Origin: Pelagomonas calceolata
Taxonomy: Eukaryota
Length of the DNA stretch: 64,000 nt
Assembly (NCBI GenBank): GCA_918797485.1
Contig: CAKKNE010000005.1
Location: forward strand, 1,426,001-1,490,000
Direction: 5' to 3'
Numbering within the stretch: position 1 is the stretch's first letter; each line of letters begins with the position of its first letter. The translations under genes and the position numbers were made by a program. The notes under the pieces were generated by a model that saw only the letters and a program-made list of their open reading frames with translations, had not been told where the DNA came from and made no database searches. Of the stretch, positions 1 to 9,261 are shown one piece after another.

Positions 1-323
1 GACGGGGAGGCTCCGACCAAGTGGTTAACACCTTGGTGATCTTCGGATATTTGTACCTGGTCGAGTCGGATGGCTCGCTTACAGGACTTTCCGCGTTTAA
101 TTATAACGTGGAGCGATACTATTACTCAAATCAACTCGATGATTTCTTTCGGCGCTGTGGAGTGCACAACCAGTGGGACGGTGAGAATGTCTGCGACCTC
201 TGCGTCGTACCGTTTGTCCGCCTCTTTGAGGATTCGACCGCGACGCTCTCGCGAGTGCCAGCTGGGCCGGAGGCAGCGGGATCGAACGAGTCTAGAAGGG
301 TGTCCGTAATAAGACATTGGTGA
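1..323 (+). CDS. 3' end of a hypothetical protein running in from the left edge (partial)
   Basis: Frame open from the window start to TGA at 321-323; ends tail-to-tail with the next gene, as is typical in this window. No family recognised. Confidence 0.4.
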   Translation, partial: RGGSDQVVNTLVIFGYLYLVESDGSLTGLSAFNYNVERYYYSNQLDDFFRRCGVHNQWDGENVCDLCVVPFVRLFEDSTATLSRVPAGPEAAGSNESRRVSVIRHW

Positions 324-351
324 CGACTACACAAAAATACAATACATCCAC

Positions 352-1719
352 TTACGTCTTGTCGTCGAGTTTTGAGTAGGCCGACCGCTGCGCGTCCGAC
401 GCGCCGCGGCCCTTGAGCGACACATACGCGAGCACGGCCGCGCCGAACGCTAATAGCAATGTCCCGGCCGTGATGATCACTAAAGCCAGGAACCCGACGG
501 CGTCGTAGATCGGGTAGAAGGCCACCGTACCGAGGACGGCGCCCGCCTTCGCGGCCCCGGCAACCAATCCGTGCGCCGCGGCGGCGACCTCCGGCGGGGC
601 CACCGAGACTGGATAGGCGTATAACGTCGCCGACGGTAATCCGACCACGATCCTGATCAAGATGCAGGCCACGAACCGCGACGTAATGTTCTCGAGAAAT
701 ACTACTACGAGTATGCTGACCGAGGCCGTCAATAGCGTCGTGGCGAAGGACTCGAGCACGGCCTTCGACGGGTCGTCGGGGTTCCTCCGCAGGAACAACA
801 GCGAGAAGCAGCACGCGCCGAAGGCGCCCACGCTCACGAGCAGCGACACGCCGAAGGTGTTTTGTATGGACAGACCGGGCAGAGCCTCATCGAGCACGAA
901 GGGATAGACCAGGGAGATGCCATAATTCGCGAAGTTCTGCAGGAACCAGGCCATGCCATTGAGCTGCACCGACATGAGGACACCCGCGTCCGCTAGGACA
1001 TCATAGGTCTGTTGTTGTGATGCGCGTGGCCGTCTCTGTGTGTCGATGGCTTCTCCTGATAACGAGTAGTACCGCCAGGCACATAGCAAAGCCATGAGCG
1101 CGCCGAACGCAAAAATACACCGCCATTGCGGGCCCGTGTCGTCGAGACCCAGCACCAGCAACAAGAGCCAGCCCACCAAGTACAAAACTACTTGGCCCAG
1201 CACCACGCCCGTACTAGCTAGCCCGACGGCGACGGGCGTGTGCCTCCTCGATTCTAGAGCCGCGGCCAAAGTGTAGATACCGCCGCCGCCGAACCCGGCC
1301 CCTATCCTCGCGACCATCAACGCGTAGCCCGCCCAGGTCGTGAAGAGCGACGTCTCGATGGACGCTTTCAAGGCGTCTGTCGGTAGTACAGCACATACTG
1401 CAGAAAACGCGGCGCACAACAGAGCCGCAGCTGCCGCTAGTCTGGCGGTCGACGCGTGCCAGTCCTCCTGGACGCTATCCGCTCGAACCCCGAAGTAGGC
1501 CATGCCGCCGACGGCGCCGATGAGCGCCGTCGAATCGAGCGCGGCGCCGCCCAACGCGCTGATCGAACCCCATTGTTCAGACCATAGAGCTAATGTGACG
1601 GAGAAGACGGAAATGAGGTAGCCGAAGGTCGTCACTGGTAAGACGTTGAGCAGGACGTTTCCTACTCCCAGTTCGTCGTCGGCGGCGCCGAGGAGGGGGG
1701 TATTTGCTTCATCTGCCAT
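352..1719 (-). CDS. MFS transporter, PHT1/PHO84-like (divergent)
   Basis: About 12 hydrophobic segments. ARIGAGFGGGGIYTLAA, WFLQNFANYG and AHGLVAGAAKAGAVLG resemble PHT1-family motifs. Likely start MADEANTPLL includes an acidic-dileucine sorting-like motif. Confidence 0.7.
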   Translation of the reverse strand: MADEANTPLLGAADDELGVGNVLLNVLPVTTFGYLISVFSVTLALWSEQWGSISALGGAALDSTALIGAVGGMAYFGVRADSVQEDWHASTARLAAAAALLCAAFSAVCAVLPTDALKASIETSLFTTWAGYALMVARIGAGFGGGGIYTLAAALESRRHTPVAVGLASTGVVLGQVVLYLVGWLLLLVLGLDDTGPQWRCIFAFGALMALLCAWRYYSLSGEAIDTQRRPRASQQQTYDVLADAGVLMSVQLNGMAWFLQNFANYGISLVYPFVLDEALPGLSIQNTFGVSLLVSVGAFGACCFSLLFLRRNPDDPSKAVLESFATTLLTASVSILVVVFLENITSRFVACILIRIVVGLPSATLYAYPVSVAPPEVAAAAHGLVAGAAKAGAVLGTVAFYPIYDAVGFLALVIITAGTLLLAFGAAVLAYVSLKGRGASDAQRSAYSKLDDKT

Positions 1720-1979
1720 AGTGAGGCTGCTTGTATCGCTGGCCGCGCCGCGCGGCGGCAGCCGGGGCCGTCGAGGGCTCGCCGAGGCTGTCAACGGGGC
1801 AGCCCGGTTCGTCACGTCGGCCGCTTTACAGGCTTGCGAGCGCCGCGCCCATGCATCGAAACAGAGAAACCTACTAGTAGTAGGGGCAAAAGGTACCCCA
1901 GCCTTCGTTCGTCGGCCCAAGCATCTCTCCCCGAGCGCGACCAGAGATGGGGAGGGTGGACATCGGGCGCGACTCTCAG

Positions 1980-2046
1980 TCCTGGGAAGGCCAGGCTCCA
2001 GTCCTGGGAAGTGATGGCTGCCATCCTGGGAAGCGCTTCCCAGGAT
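1980..2046. promoter_or_regulatory. TCCTGGGAAG repeat array ending in a perfect 24-bp palindrome, in a divergent promoter
   Basis: TCCTGGGAAG at 1980, 2002 and 2024 (22-bp period); ATCCTGGGAAGCGCTTCCCAGGAT at 2023-2046 is its own reverse complement. Confidence 0.5.
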
Positions 2047-2065
2047 CGAACTGAGGAATGTTGAA

Positions 2066-3541
2066 ATGACCGATGCCATCGCCCGCAAGCATGCGCACGA
2101 CGTGGCCGAGCTCATCTCATGCTATGCCGCCCCTTTGGTGCGGAGGGCAGCCCAGCAGGCGCCGCACGGCCGCGGCCGCCGGAGCCGCTTGCGACGGGCA
2201 ATTGACGCGTGCCGCTTCTTCGACGATACGAGGGCGTCGCGGTTAGATGATCCGCGCGCCGAAGTGTGTTTGCGAGACGCGCGCGAGGCCCTCGAGGCCT
2301 TGTGTGAGGCGCTGCGCACGACCGAGCCGTGGGACGCGCTCGGCCGCCGCGTCCTGCGCGCGGCGGCGCAGGACCTGGACGTCCTCGAAGACAAAGCGTG
2401 GCGCACGATTGCAGTAAATGCTCTTACGACAGTCGTGAACGAAGTCGCGCCGCTGCCTCCAGTGCCAGTGGAAGACGACCTCGACGAGCTCGTGGTCGAG
2501 GAGGTGCCGGTCGAGCCGCCGCCGCCGCCGAAACTCGAACCGGCGAAACCTTCACCAAAACCTCCGAAGCCGGAGCCCGTCGCGTCCTACAACTGGGAGG
2601 ACTCATCAAAACACGTGACGCTGGCCGCAGACCTGACAAAGGACGCCAATCTTACGAGCGCCGAGTTCACGTCTACGTCCTTCCGCGTCGTCGCCAAGTC
2701 TTGTGAAGGAGCGCGCGAGCTTTGTATGACAAGCCTCTGGGCGGCGATCAATTCATCAGAGAGCCGCGCGTCCGTCAACGGGGGCAAGCTCGTCGTCACA
2801 CTGCGCAAGAAAGAAGAAGGCGCCTGGCCGCGGCTCACCAAGGGGGCCACAACGCCGGAACCTTCAGCAGACGAGGACCCGCTCATGCGCCGCGCGGTCG
2901 AGGCCGACGCGCGAACTCTGCGAAAGCGCCGGGCGATGAATGAAGTGTTAGGTACGGAGGCCTGCGCCGCCGCCGAGGCCATTTACAAGATGCTGCGGGC
3001 GCGGGCGCCCTTTGCAAAGATCGCGAGCGCTCTCAGCAAAGCGCCCGACAACGTCTGCGAGTGCCGCCTCCAGAGCCACGGTACTTTACTGCATACGGCC
3101 TGCGACGAGCGCCGGAGCGACGTCGTCAAAGTGCTTTTGGGGACTTCGGACGTCGACGCGCGGAACGCGCGCCTCTTCACGCCGCTCCACCTCTGCGCGG
3201 GCGCGCTCGCGTCGCTGCCAAGGCCATCCCCCAAGGATGCGGAAACTGCGGCTTTATGTGTCAACCTACTCATAAAACACGGCGCTAACCCAAACCTCCT
3301 GGACGACGCCGGCCGCGCGCCACTCCACCTCGCGTGCCTCCAGACGGGCACTCTGAAAATAGTGGAGGCGTTGATCGAGGGTGGCGCGGACCCGACGCAA
3401 CAAACGACGGACGGCTGGCTCGCCGTCGACGCGGCCCACACGGTCGGCGCGCTCACGGACGAGCTTAGAAGGCTCCTTACGAAAGCCGTCACCCTGAAGG
3501 CTCCCGAGGGCCATGCTTTCGTGGATGATGTAGATGACTAA
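2066..3541 (+). CDS. CS (p23/SGT1-like) domain plus ankyrin-repeat protein
   Basis: SYNWEDSSKHVTL...GKLVVTLRKKEEGAWPRL is CS-like; ankyrin repeats TLLHTAC, FTPLHLCA and RAPLHLAC. Confidence 0.8.
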   Translation: MTDAIARKHAHDVAELISCYAAPLVRRAAQQAPHGRGRRSRLRRAIDACRFFDDTRASRLDDPRAEVCLRDAREALEALCEALRTTEPWDALGRRVLRAAAQDLDVLEDKAWRTIAVNALTTVVNEVAPLPPVPVEDDLDELVVEEVPVEPPPPPKLEPAKPSPKPPKPEPVASYNWEDSSKHVTLAADLTKDANLTSAEFTSTSFRVVAKSCEGARELCMTSLWAAINSSESRASVNGGKLVVTLRKKEEGAWPRLTKGATTPEPSADEDPLMRRAVEADARTLRKRRAMNEVLGTEACAAAEAIYKMLRARAPFAKIASALSKAPDNVCECRLQSHGTLLHTACDERRSDVVKVLLGTSDVDARNARLFTPLHLCAGALASLPRPSPKDAETAALCVNLLIKHGANPNLLDDAGRAPLHLACLQTGTLKIVEALIEGGADPTQQTTDGWLAVDAAHTVGALTDELRRLLTKAVTLKAPEGHAFVDDVDD

Positions 3542-3553
3542 GTGATGTTACGA

Positions 3554-5962
3554 TTACAATACAGACTCGGGGACGTGGCCCCCCGGCACGCAGACGCGCT
3601 GGATGAGCCGCGGCTCGCTGTTGAACTGTTTGCCGGGCGCCGCGGTGTGCAGGGCCGCGTAGTTGTCCGTGACGACGACGTCGTGGGCGGCCCAGCGATG
3701 CCGGTAGACCTTCGATGGGTGGGCCGCTTTTCCGACAACTTGCTCGAGCAAGTTCTGAGCCTCGGCGAACGGCACGCCCCGCAAGCCGAGCTGCTGCTTG
3801 ACGTCCAGGTGGAGCGCCGCCTTACCGGTCCGCGGGTGTTTCGATATTAATGGAGAGTCGTGGACCACACACCCGCCAATCGACGAGCACTCCTCGATTA
3901 ACGAAGACGCGTATTGGCCGGCCGAAGGGTCCTTCGAGAACCCCCCCTGTCTCACGAGCATGTCCTTGCGGCCGGCCACGGCCCAGGGCGCCATGAAGGC
4001 GTCTAGGGACTTCGCGTTCGAGGCGTAGGTCACATTTAAAGAAAGCAACCTCCTTTTCAGCTTTGCGTCGATTGATAAGGAATCTAGCCGTCCGTCAGCA
4101 AAGTGCGTCTCCGCGTCACTATTGGTAGGAGCCTTCAACGCTTGGAAGACCGTCGTTCTCACAGGTAAACCGGCCGGTCGCGACGACTCGTCGCTGTGCC
4201 ACGCCAACGACTCCATGCCATACACCTGGCCCTCTTTGCACGGCTCGCCGTCATCACCCAAAGCGCCCGCTGACACAGTTTGGGTCTCCGTCACGGCCCT
4301 ATTGGCTAAGAGATTGACCTCGGGCAAGCCAGCGCGCCAGAGCCGGCACATGCCCTTGTGGTAGGCGTCCGGGGGTGCCTCGATGTCGTGCTCGAACAGC
4401 GCGTGGAACGCCACGACCTGCTTCGCGTCCAGACCACTTTTTTGAATAAAATGCAACACGGCGTACGTGTCGAGCGTCTCCCTCAGCCACTTCCCGAAGG
4501 CTGCTGGCGGCTCTGGGAGTAAGGACGCGAGGTCGACGCCTGCTATCCGAGCGCCGAACGAGGACCCGGGGAGCGGTGTGATGCTCACTTCTGATGAGTC
4601 GAAGCGCTTCTGGGGTGTCCGTGGCGCCGTCACTTGTTCATACACAATTTTCGCCCGTTGATGGGAAAACGCGCGCGGCCACGGGAACTTTTTCAGTTCA
4701 CCGTTGTTCCGGCGCTTCCAGATGGACTTGTAGTCGTCGTCGAGCGTCGAATTCGTGGGGTGCCACTTGAATTTCAAAGCGTTTAAGTAGCCTTGAGACA
4801 CATAGGCGAGAAAATCCGGTTGGCCCCAGTCGAGGCTTCTCAATTCCCGCCACGTATCCGTAACGACGTCGTAGGCCGCGATTCGCGACGTCGTCTCCTT
4901 CCCATCCTTCCCTGAGACAATCAGGACGTCATCCCCTACAGATACGGTGGACAGGCCGATGTGCGAGGCCGGCCAAGGTAAGGGCGCGACGGGCGCCCAT
5001 TTTTTGACTCCATCGGTGTGAGAGAGGGGCCTCCGATAGGCCTGGACGTGTGCGACCTCGGGCGACGACTGGCACTGCTGGTTGTTGTCGACGAGGACGT
5101 TGACGGCCGGCGGGTGCCCGTGCTGGCCGCCGAAGCGGTACGCGTGGCCTCTAACAACAGCAGCACCCGCGCTATCGGCGCCGCCGCCCGGCACTGCGCC
5201 CAGTCGGAACCAGCCCGATTTCGACGGCCTTCCTGAGGGATTCAGCGGCAGCACGTAGTGGTCCGGTCTCGGATCCCGGCGGTTCGGACCGGCACCCCCA
5301 ATCACATGCAAGGTGTTCCCATCGACGAAAGCCGAGGGCGCGTACCGCACTTCCGGGAGGTCCGGCAAACGGACCCAGACGGCTTTTTTCGTCTGCCGCC
5401 GCCCGACGAACCGCACGGCCCAGGACTCGGCCGTGCCCAGCGTGCAACCGGGTCCTAATTGCCCACTGACAAGGTACAGCCACGTGCCATCTCTCGAGAC
5501 AGCGGCGCCGTGGTGCGTTTTCGCGGCGGTGGCCGGCAAGTAAGCGACGGTCTTCCACACACCACTCGTCGTGTTGAGCATCTGGATTTTATCGGTCACG
5601 CGATTGAAGTCGCAGAGGAAGCCGCCCACGACGTAGATGAGGTCCTTGTAGGTTGCCTTTGACGACTCGCAGAATTCGTATGGGCGTGACGCTGAGGCCA
5701 CGGTCTCCCAGGCTCCCAGTTCTTTGATGCGGCGTCTCGTACCACTATGAGACAGGGGCGCGCGGCCGGCGCGCCCGCGCGGGTCTCCCGCCGTAGGGTG
5801 GCCGAACGTCCGCGGCGCGGGCCTCGCCTTCGCGCGCGCGTGCGTGACCCATTGGGTGGTTGTCGGTTGTTTCGCGAGGCGCCAGAGCCGGTGGTACGAG
5901 GCGCCGACGACCAGGCTGATCAGCGCTACGAGCGCGACGTTGCTGCCTTTGTGCTGGCGCAT
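3554..5962 (-). CDS. Kelch-repeat plus TauD/TfdA Fe(II)/2-oxoglutarate dioxygenase fusion with N-terminal signal anchor
   Basis: Kelch blades (YVVGG, LHVIGG, YRFGG). TauD motifs FGARIAGVDL, WHSDES, ETHFAD and HRWAAHDVVVTDNYAALH...RLIQR. Hydrophobic N-terminus. Confidence 0.85.
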   Translation of the reverse strand: MRQHKGSNVALVALISLVVGASYHRLWRLAKQPTTTQWVTHARAKARPAPRTFGHPTAGDPRGRAGRAPLSHSGTRRRIKELGAWETVASASRPYEFCESSKATYKDLIYVVGGFLCDFNRVTDKIQMLNTTSGVWKTVAYLPATAAKTHHGAAVSRDGTWLYLVSGQLGPGCTLGTAESWAVRFVGRRQTKKAVWVRLPDLPEVRYAPSAFVDGNTLHVIGGAGPNRRDPRPDHYVLPLNPSGRPSKSGWFRLGAVPGGGADSAGAAVVRGHAYRFGGQHGHPPAVNVLVDNNQQCQSSPEVAHVQAYRRPLSHTDGVKKWAPVAPLPWPASHIGLSTVSVGDDVLIVSGKDGKETTSRIAAYDVVTDTWRELRSLDWGQPDFLAYVSQGYLNALKFKWHPTNSTLDDDYKSIWKRRNNGELKKFPWPRAFSHQRAKIVYEQVTAPRTPQKRFDSSEVSITPLPGSSFGARIAGVDLASLLPEPPAAFGKWLRETLDTYAVLHFIQKSGLDAKQVVAFHALFEHDIEAPPDAYHKGMCRLWRAGLPEVNLLANRAVTETQTVSAGALGDDGEPCKEGQVYGMESLAWHSDESSRPAGLPVRTTVFQALKAPTNSDAETHFADGRLDSLSIDAKLKRRLLSLNVTYASNAKSLDAFMAPWAVAGRKDMLVRQGGFSKDPSAGQYASSLIEECSSIGGCVVHDSPLISKHPRTGKAALHLDVKQQLGLRGVPFAEAQNLLEQVVGKAAHPSKVYRHRWAAHDVVVTDNYAALHTAAPGKQFNSEPRLIQRVCVPGGHVPESVL

Positions 5963-6066
5963 CGTTGGGCTGCCCCCCGCGATCAGCGTCCCATATCACG
6001 CATTGTGTTCCATCGTTCAGTTGATGCGGTGTTGCCTACGCTTGTGATGCCAAAAATTATCGTCTG

Positions 6067-6090
6067 ACTAGTGTCTTACACGACGCTAGC
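6067..6090 (-). promoter_or_regulatory. Recurrent intergenic GCTAG...ACACTAGC motif
   Basis: ACTAGTGTCTTACACGACGCTAGC, 105 bp upstream of the Kelch-TauD ATG and pointing at it. Confidence 0.6.
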
Positions 6091-6405
6091 TGCAGGGTGG
6101 GTAACCGCGGTTTTTCTTTTCATTAGCGCGATGAGATCCCTCAGGAGGAATCCTGAGAGAGCTCAAAGGGGCCTGGCGTCTCTCAGTGCCTCACTCCTCT
6201 GAGTCGCTCAAAGAGCACCAGGGTGATCGCAATTCGCCGCGGCGGGACACGACGCGGCGCTTCTATTCACGCCGCGTGTTCGCTCGAAATAAACTGAGAC
6301 CGGCTGAGCCACTCGCCTCGCCTGCCTGGGGCCAGGACAAGCTGATTTCAAGCCTAAAAACAGAGGCTCATTGAGCGCGGCGCTACATTTTCTCACCCAT
6401 TCAGC

Positions 6406-7352
6406 ATGCTCCCTGATCCCATTGAACTCCCTGAACAACGCGCGGTGTTCTTCCCCGAGCTCGTCGGGCGCGGGCCGCCCCCGCCGGCGCCGCCGCCGGC
6501 CTCTCGACGTCCGGCTTTGATGCCACCGCCGCCGCCTGCGAGGCGGGCCCAGCCGCCCGTCGCGGCTCCGGACGACGACGACGACCGCTCGGTCGCCTCC
6601 TCGTTTCCGCGACCTCGGCAGCGCTCGGCATTTCCAGCTCGGCGACGCCCTTCGCTCTGCCCGCCGACGACGGCGAAGATCCATCGGACGACGGCGGCGA
6701 CGACGAGGGCTGGTTCGAGGACGGCGACTCGGACGGTGACGGCACATCACCGCAGGCGGACGAAGACGGCGGCGAGCGGACGACGTCGTCGCGGTTCTGG
6801 GGCGTGACGTGGGTTCGGAAAGACAAGAAGTGGAGGGCGCAATATTCGGGCGAGGACGGCAAGACGATCTACATCGGCCAATTCGACGACGACGAGGAGG
6901 CCGCGCGCGCGGTCAATAAGGCGATTCGCGACGCCGGCCTCGAAGGCAAGCGCAAAACGAACGCAGTCGACGCGACGGGCGCACTGGTGCCGCGTGTGCG
7001 GCAAATGAGCAAGCCGCGCGACCGCTCCGCCGTCGTCGCCCCGGACCCGGCGCGCGACCCGACGGAGTCGACGTCCAAGTTCTGGGGCGTGTCCTGGGAC
7101 AAGAACGGGCGACGGTGGATGGCGACCTACAACGACGCGACCGGCAAGAAGCGCTGGATCGGCCTCTTCGACACCCAGGAGGCCGCCGCGCACGCCGTCA
7201 ACGCGGCCATCCGGCGCGCGGGCCTCGCAGGGAAACGGCGCATGAATGCGGTCGTCGACGGGCAGCTGGTGCCCAAAAAGCGCAAGGCGAATGGGCACGG
7301 GCCCGAAGCGTTGCGCAAGCGTCGCCGCCGCCTCGTAGGCGACTCCCCGTAA
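6406..7352 (+). CDS. AP2/ERF-like DNA-binding repeat protein (two AP2-like domains), with a frame break near 6603
   Basis: Two repeats of the form S(R/K)FWGV.W....W.A.Y....GK...IG.FD..E.AA.AVN.AIR.AGL.GKR..N. The ATG at 6406 is in a different frame from the AP2 repeats; a 1-nt indel or a 35-nt intron (6603-6637) joins them. Confidence 0.75.
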
Positions 7353-7381
7353 GTCCCCAGCATCTAAACACAAACAAACAC

Positions 7382-8005
7382 TTAAGACAAGAGCTCCCCG
7401 CGGAGCGCGCGCAGCACGCCGTACGCCGACGCGACGTGCCACATGGAGTGGAGCACCACATAGGTCCGGTAGAGCCGCAGGCGTTTTAGCAGCGTTGACG
7501 AGACCAGAAGGCCGAGCGTGGGAACGAGGACCGTCGCCCAGTGCGACGCGCCGAGGCCCCCGTTGCAGGCCAGGACAAAGATCGCCAATTGAACCGCGCA
7601 TACGACATCAATGGCATTCGTAAAGATCGACGGCTCCACGAAGACGGGGTCGACGCGCCGCGCCCAGCGCGCGCCCGGCACCGAGAGCGGTTCGAAGGTC
7701 CAGCAGCCGCACTGCGTGCCGTGGAACAGGACGCTAGCGGCACCGGCCGCCCACGTCAACGCCGCGGCGATCGCGGGCGGGCCACACCAGGGCAGCACGT
7801 GGCCGTCGCGGAGCGTGGCGTAGCCGACGTAGAAAAATGGCGCGTTCGTCAAGAGGTAGAGCCACTTGAAGGCCAGAGGCAGGTCGCTGGCCACACGGCG
7901 ATTAAGTTCGGCCTGGCGGCGCAGGCCACGGGTTAGCGCGTGCCACGCGCCGCTTCTGTCGTTCGTCGTCCGCTTTGCGGCGTACGTCGCGGCGAGCTTC
8001 AGCAT
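7382..8005 (-). CDS. CREST-superfamily membrane protein (ceramidase/PAQR/TMEM8-like)
   Basis: Multiple TM segments with SxxxH (SVLFH), a conserved-type Asp and HxxWH (HSMWH). Confidence 0.6.
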   Translation of the reverse strand: MLKLAATYAAKRTTNDRSGAWHALTRGLRRQAELNRRVASDLPLAFKWLYLLTNAPFFYVGYATLRDGHVLPWCGPPAIAAALTWAAGAASVLFHGTQCGCWTFEPLSVPGARWARRVDPVFVEPSIFTNAIDVVCAVQLAIFVLACNGGLGASHWATVLVPTLGLLVSSTLLKRLRLYRTYVVLHSMWHVASAYGVLRALRGELLS

Positions 8006-8259
8006 GGACGAGCGTGCCGCGAACCGCGTGCAGTTATGCGCAGCTGTGAGCAGATGCAGCCGTGGTGTGCGCTCTGCCGCGTGCAGCAGCTGTGTGCGCA
8101 GGCTGCCAGCAGAGCTGCAGCGCTGACAGATCGCACGAAGCGCTCCAAAATTGTCGCACGCCGCGAAGCGACGCGCCAGATTACTTCAAAATGCAGCTCG
8201 CTCGCAACACTATGGAGCACTGCTCTCGCGTCGCACGACTGCAGCAGCTGGCTTGGCTT

Positions 8260-8282
8260 GCTAGTGCCTCACAGCCGCTAGG
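8260..8282 (-). promoter_or_regulatory. Recurrent intergenic motif copy
   Basis: GCTAGTGCCTCACAGCCGCTAGG, 255 bp upstream of the ATG at 8005. Confidence 0.5.
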
Positions 8283-8348
8283 CTGATCTCGCCGACGGAT
8301 CAAGGAACGAAGACTCGGAGGGCAAGCATGATACCACAAAAGAACTCA

Positions 8349-8909
8349 TTACTCCCACCGGAACGCCACGGCCCGGTACGGCTCCGCCGGCGGCGGCGGT
8401 TTGACGCGTTCGCGGACGCGCGGCCCGGCGTCCGCGATTTTGGAGTCGCGCCGCCGCCGCCGCGCAAACCACACGCCGCAGGACAGGGCGCACGCGCCCA
8501 GACATAGCACGAGGGCCGCGGGCGCGCCGTAAAACAACCACGGGTTCGTCCGCCGCCGGGCGCAATTCTTTTTGCCCAGGAAGTCGCACCACGCGGTCTC
8601 GTCGTCGTCGTCGGGCGTCGGCGCCTTTGTAATCGTCGGGCTGGCGCTGGGCGCCGCGGTCGGCGTCGACGACGGCGCCGAGGAAGGTACGGTCGTCGGG
8701 ACCGTCGTGGGCACGTGGGTCGGCGCCGGCACCGGCATCGGCGTCGGCTGCGGCGACGCCGTCGGCGCGAGCGTCGGCACGGCCGTCGGCAGCGCGGTTG
8801 GCTGCGCGGTCGGGAGGCCCGTCGGCACGCCGCTCGGCGCGGCGGACGGAGCCGCCGTCTGCGCGTGCGCCGCGGCGACCAGCAACGCGTACCGCGCCAG
8901 CCGCCTCAT
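8349..8909 (-). CDS. Type I membrane protein with signal peptide and PT/PS repeats
   Basis: Signal peptide MRRLARYALLVAAAHA, (xPT)n mucin-like repeats, one TM followed by a basic stop-transfer stretch. Confidence 0.7.
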   Translation of the reverse strand: MRRLARYALLVAAAHAQTAAPSAAPSGVPTGLPTAQPTALPTAVPTLAPTASPQPTPMPVPAPTHVPTTVPTTVPSSAPSSTPTAAPSASPTITKAPTPDDDDETAWCDFLGKKNCARRRTNPWLFYGAPAALVLCLGACALSCGVWFARRRRRDSKIADAGPRVRERVKPPPPAEPYRAVAFRWE

Positions 8910-9261
8910 CTCTAGCTGTTTGTGTCACCTGCCCATCGGCCTGATTACTGGGCAGCCCACCACTGCCATCGATGGCAACGCGACGACTGCGAGCAATCGG
9001 CGCCGCATCGGATACCTCGTGCAGTATCAAATGGAGCCGTTGCGACGCGCAGACAGGAGCCTGGGGGCTGGGCGTTGGGCGTACAACGCTTTTGGCACGA
9101 CTGCCTACGGGTTTTCGAGCTCCACGGGAAAAACGTCGATCGACGGGGCGGACGTCGCCCACTGTTCCGTAGGGTTCGCCGGGGCGGGTCTACTCAGGCG
9201 GAAGTGCGCGATTCTGAAAGACGCGGCCCCCGGCGAAACAGCGCATACTACGAAACATAAA

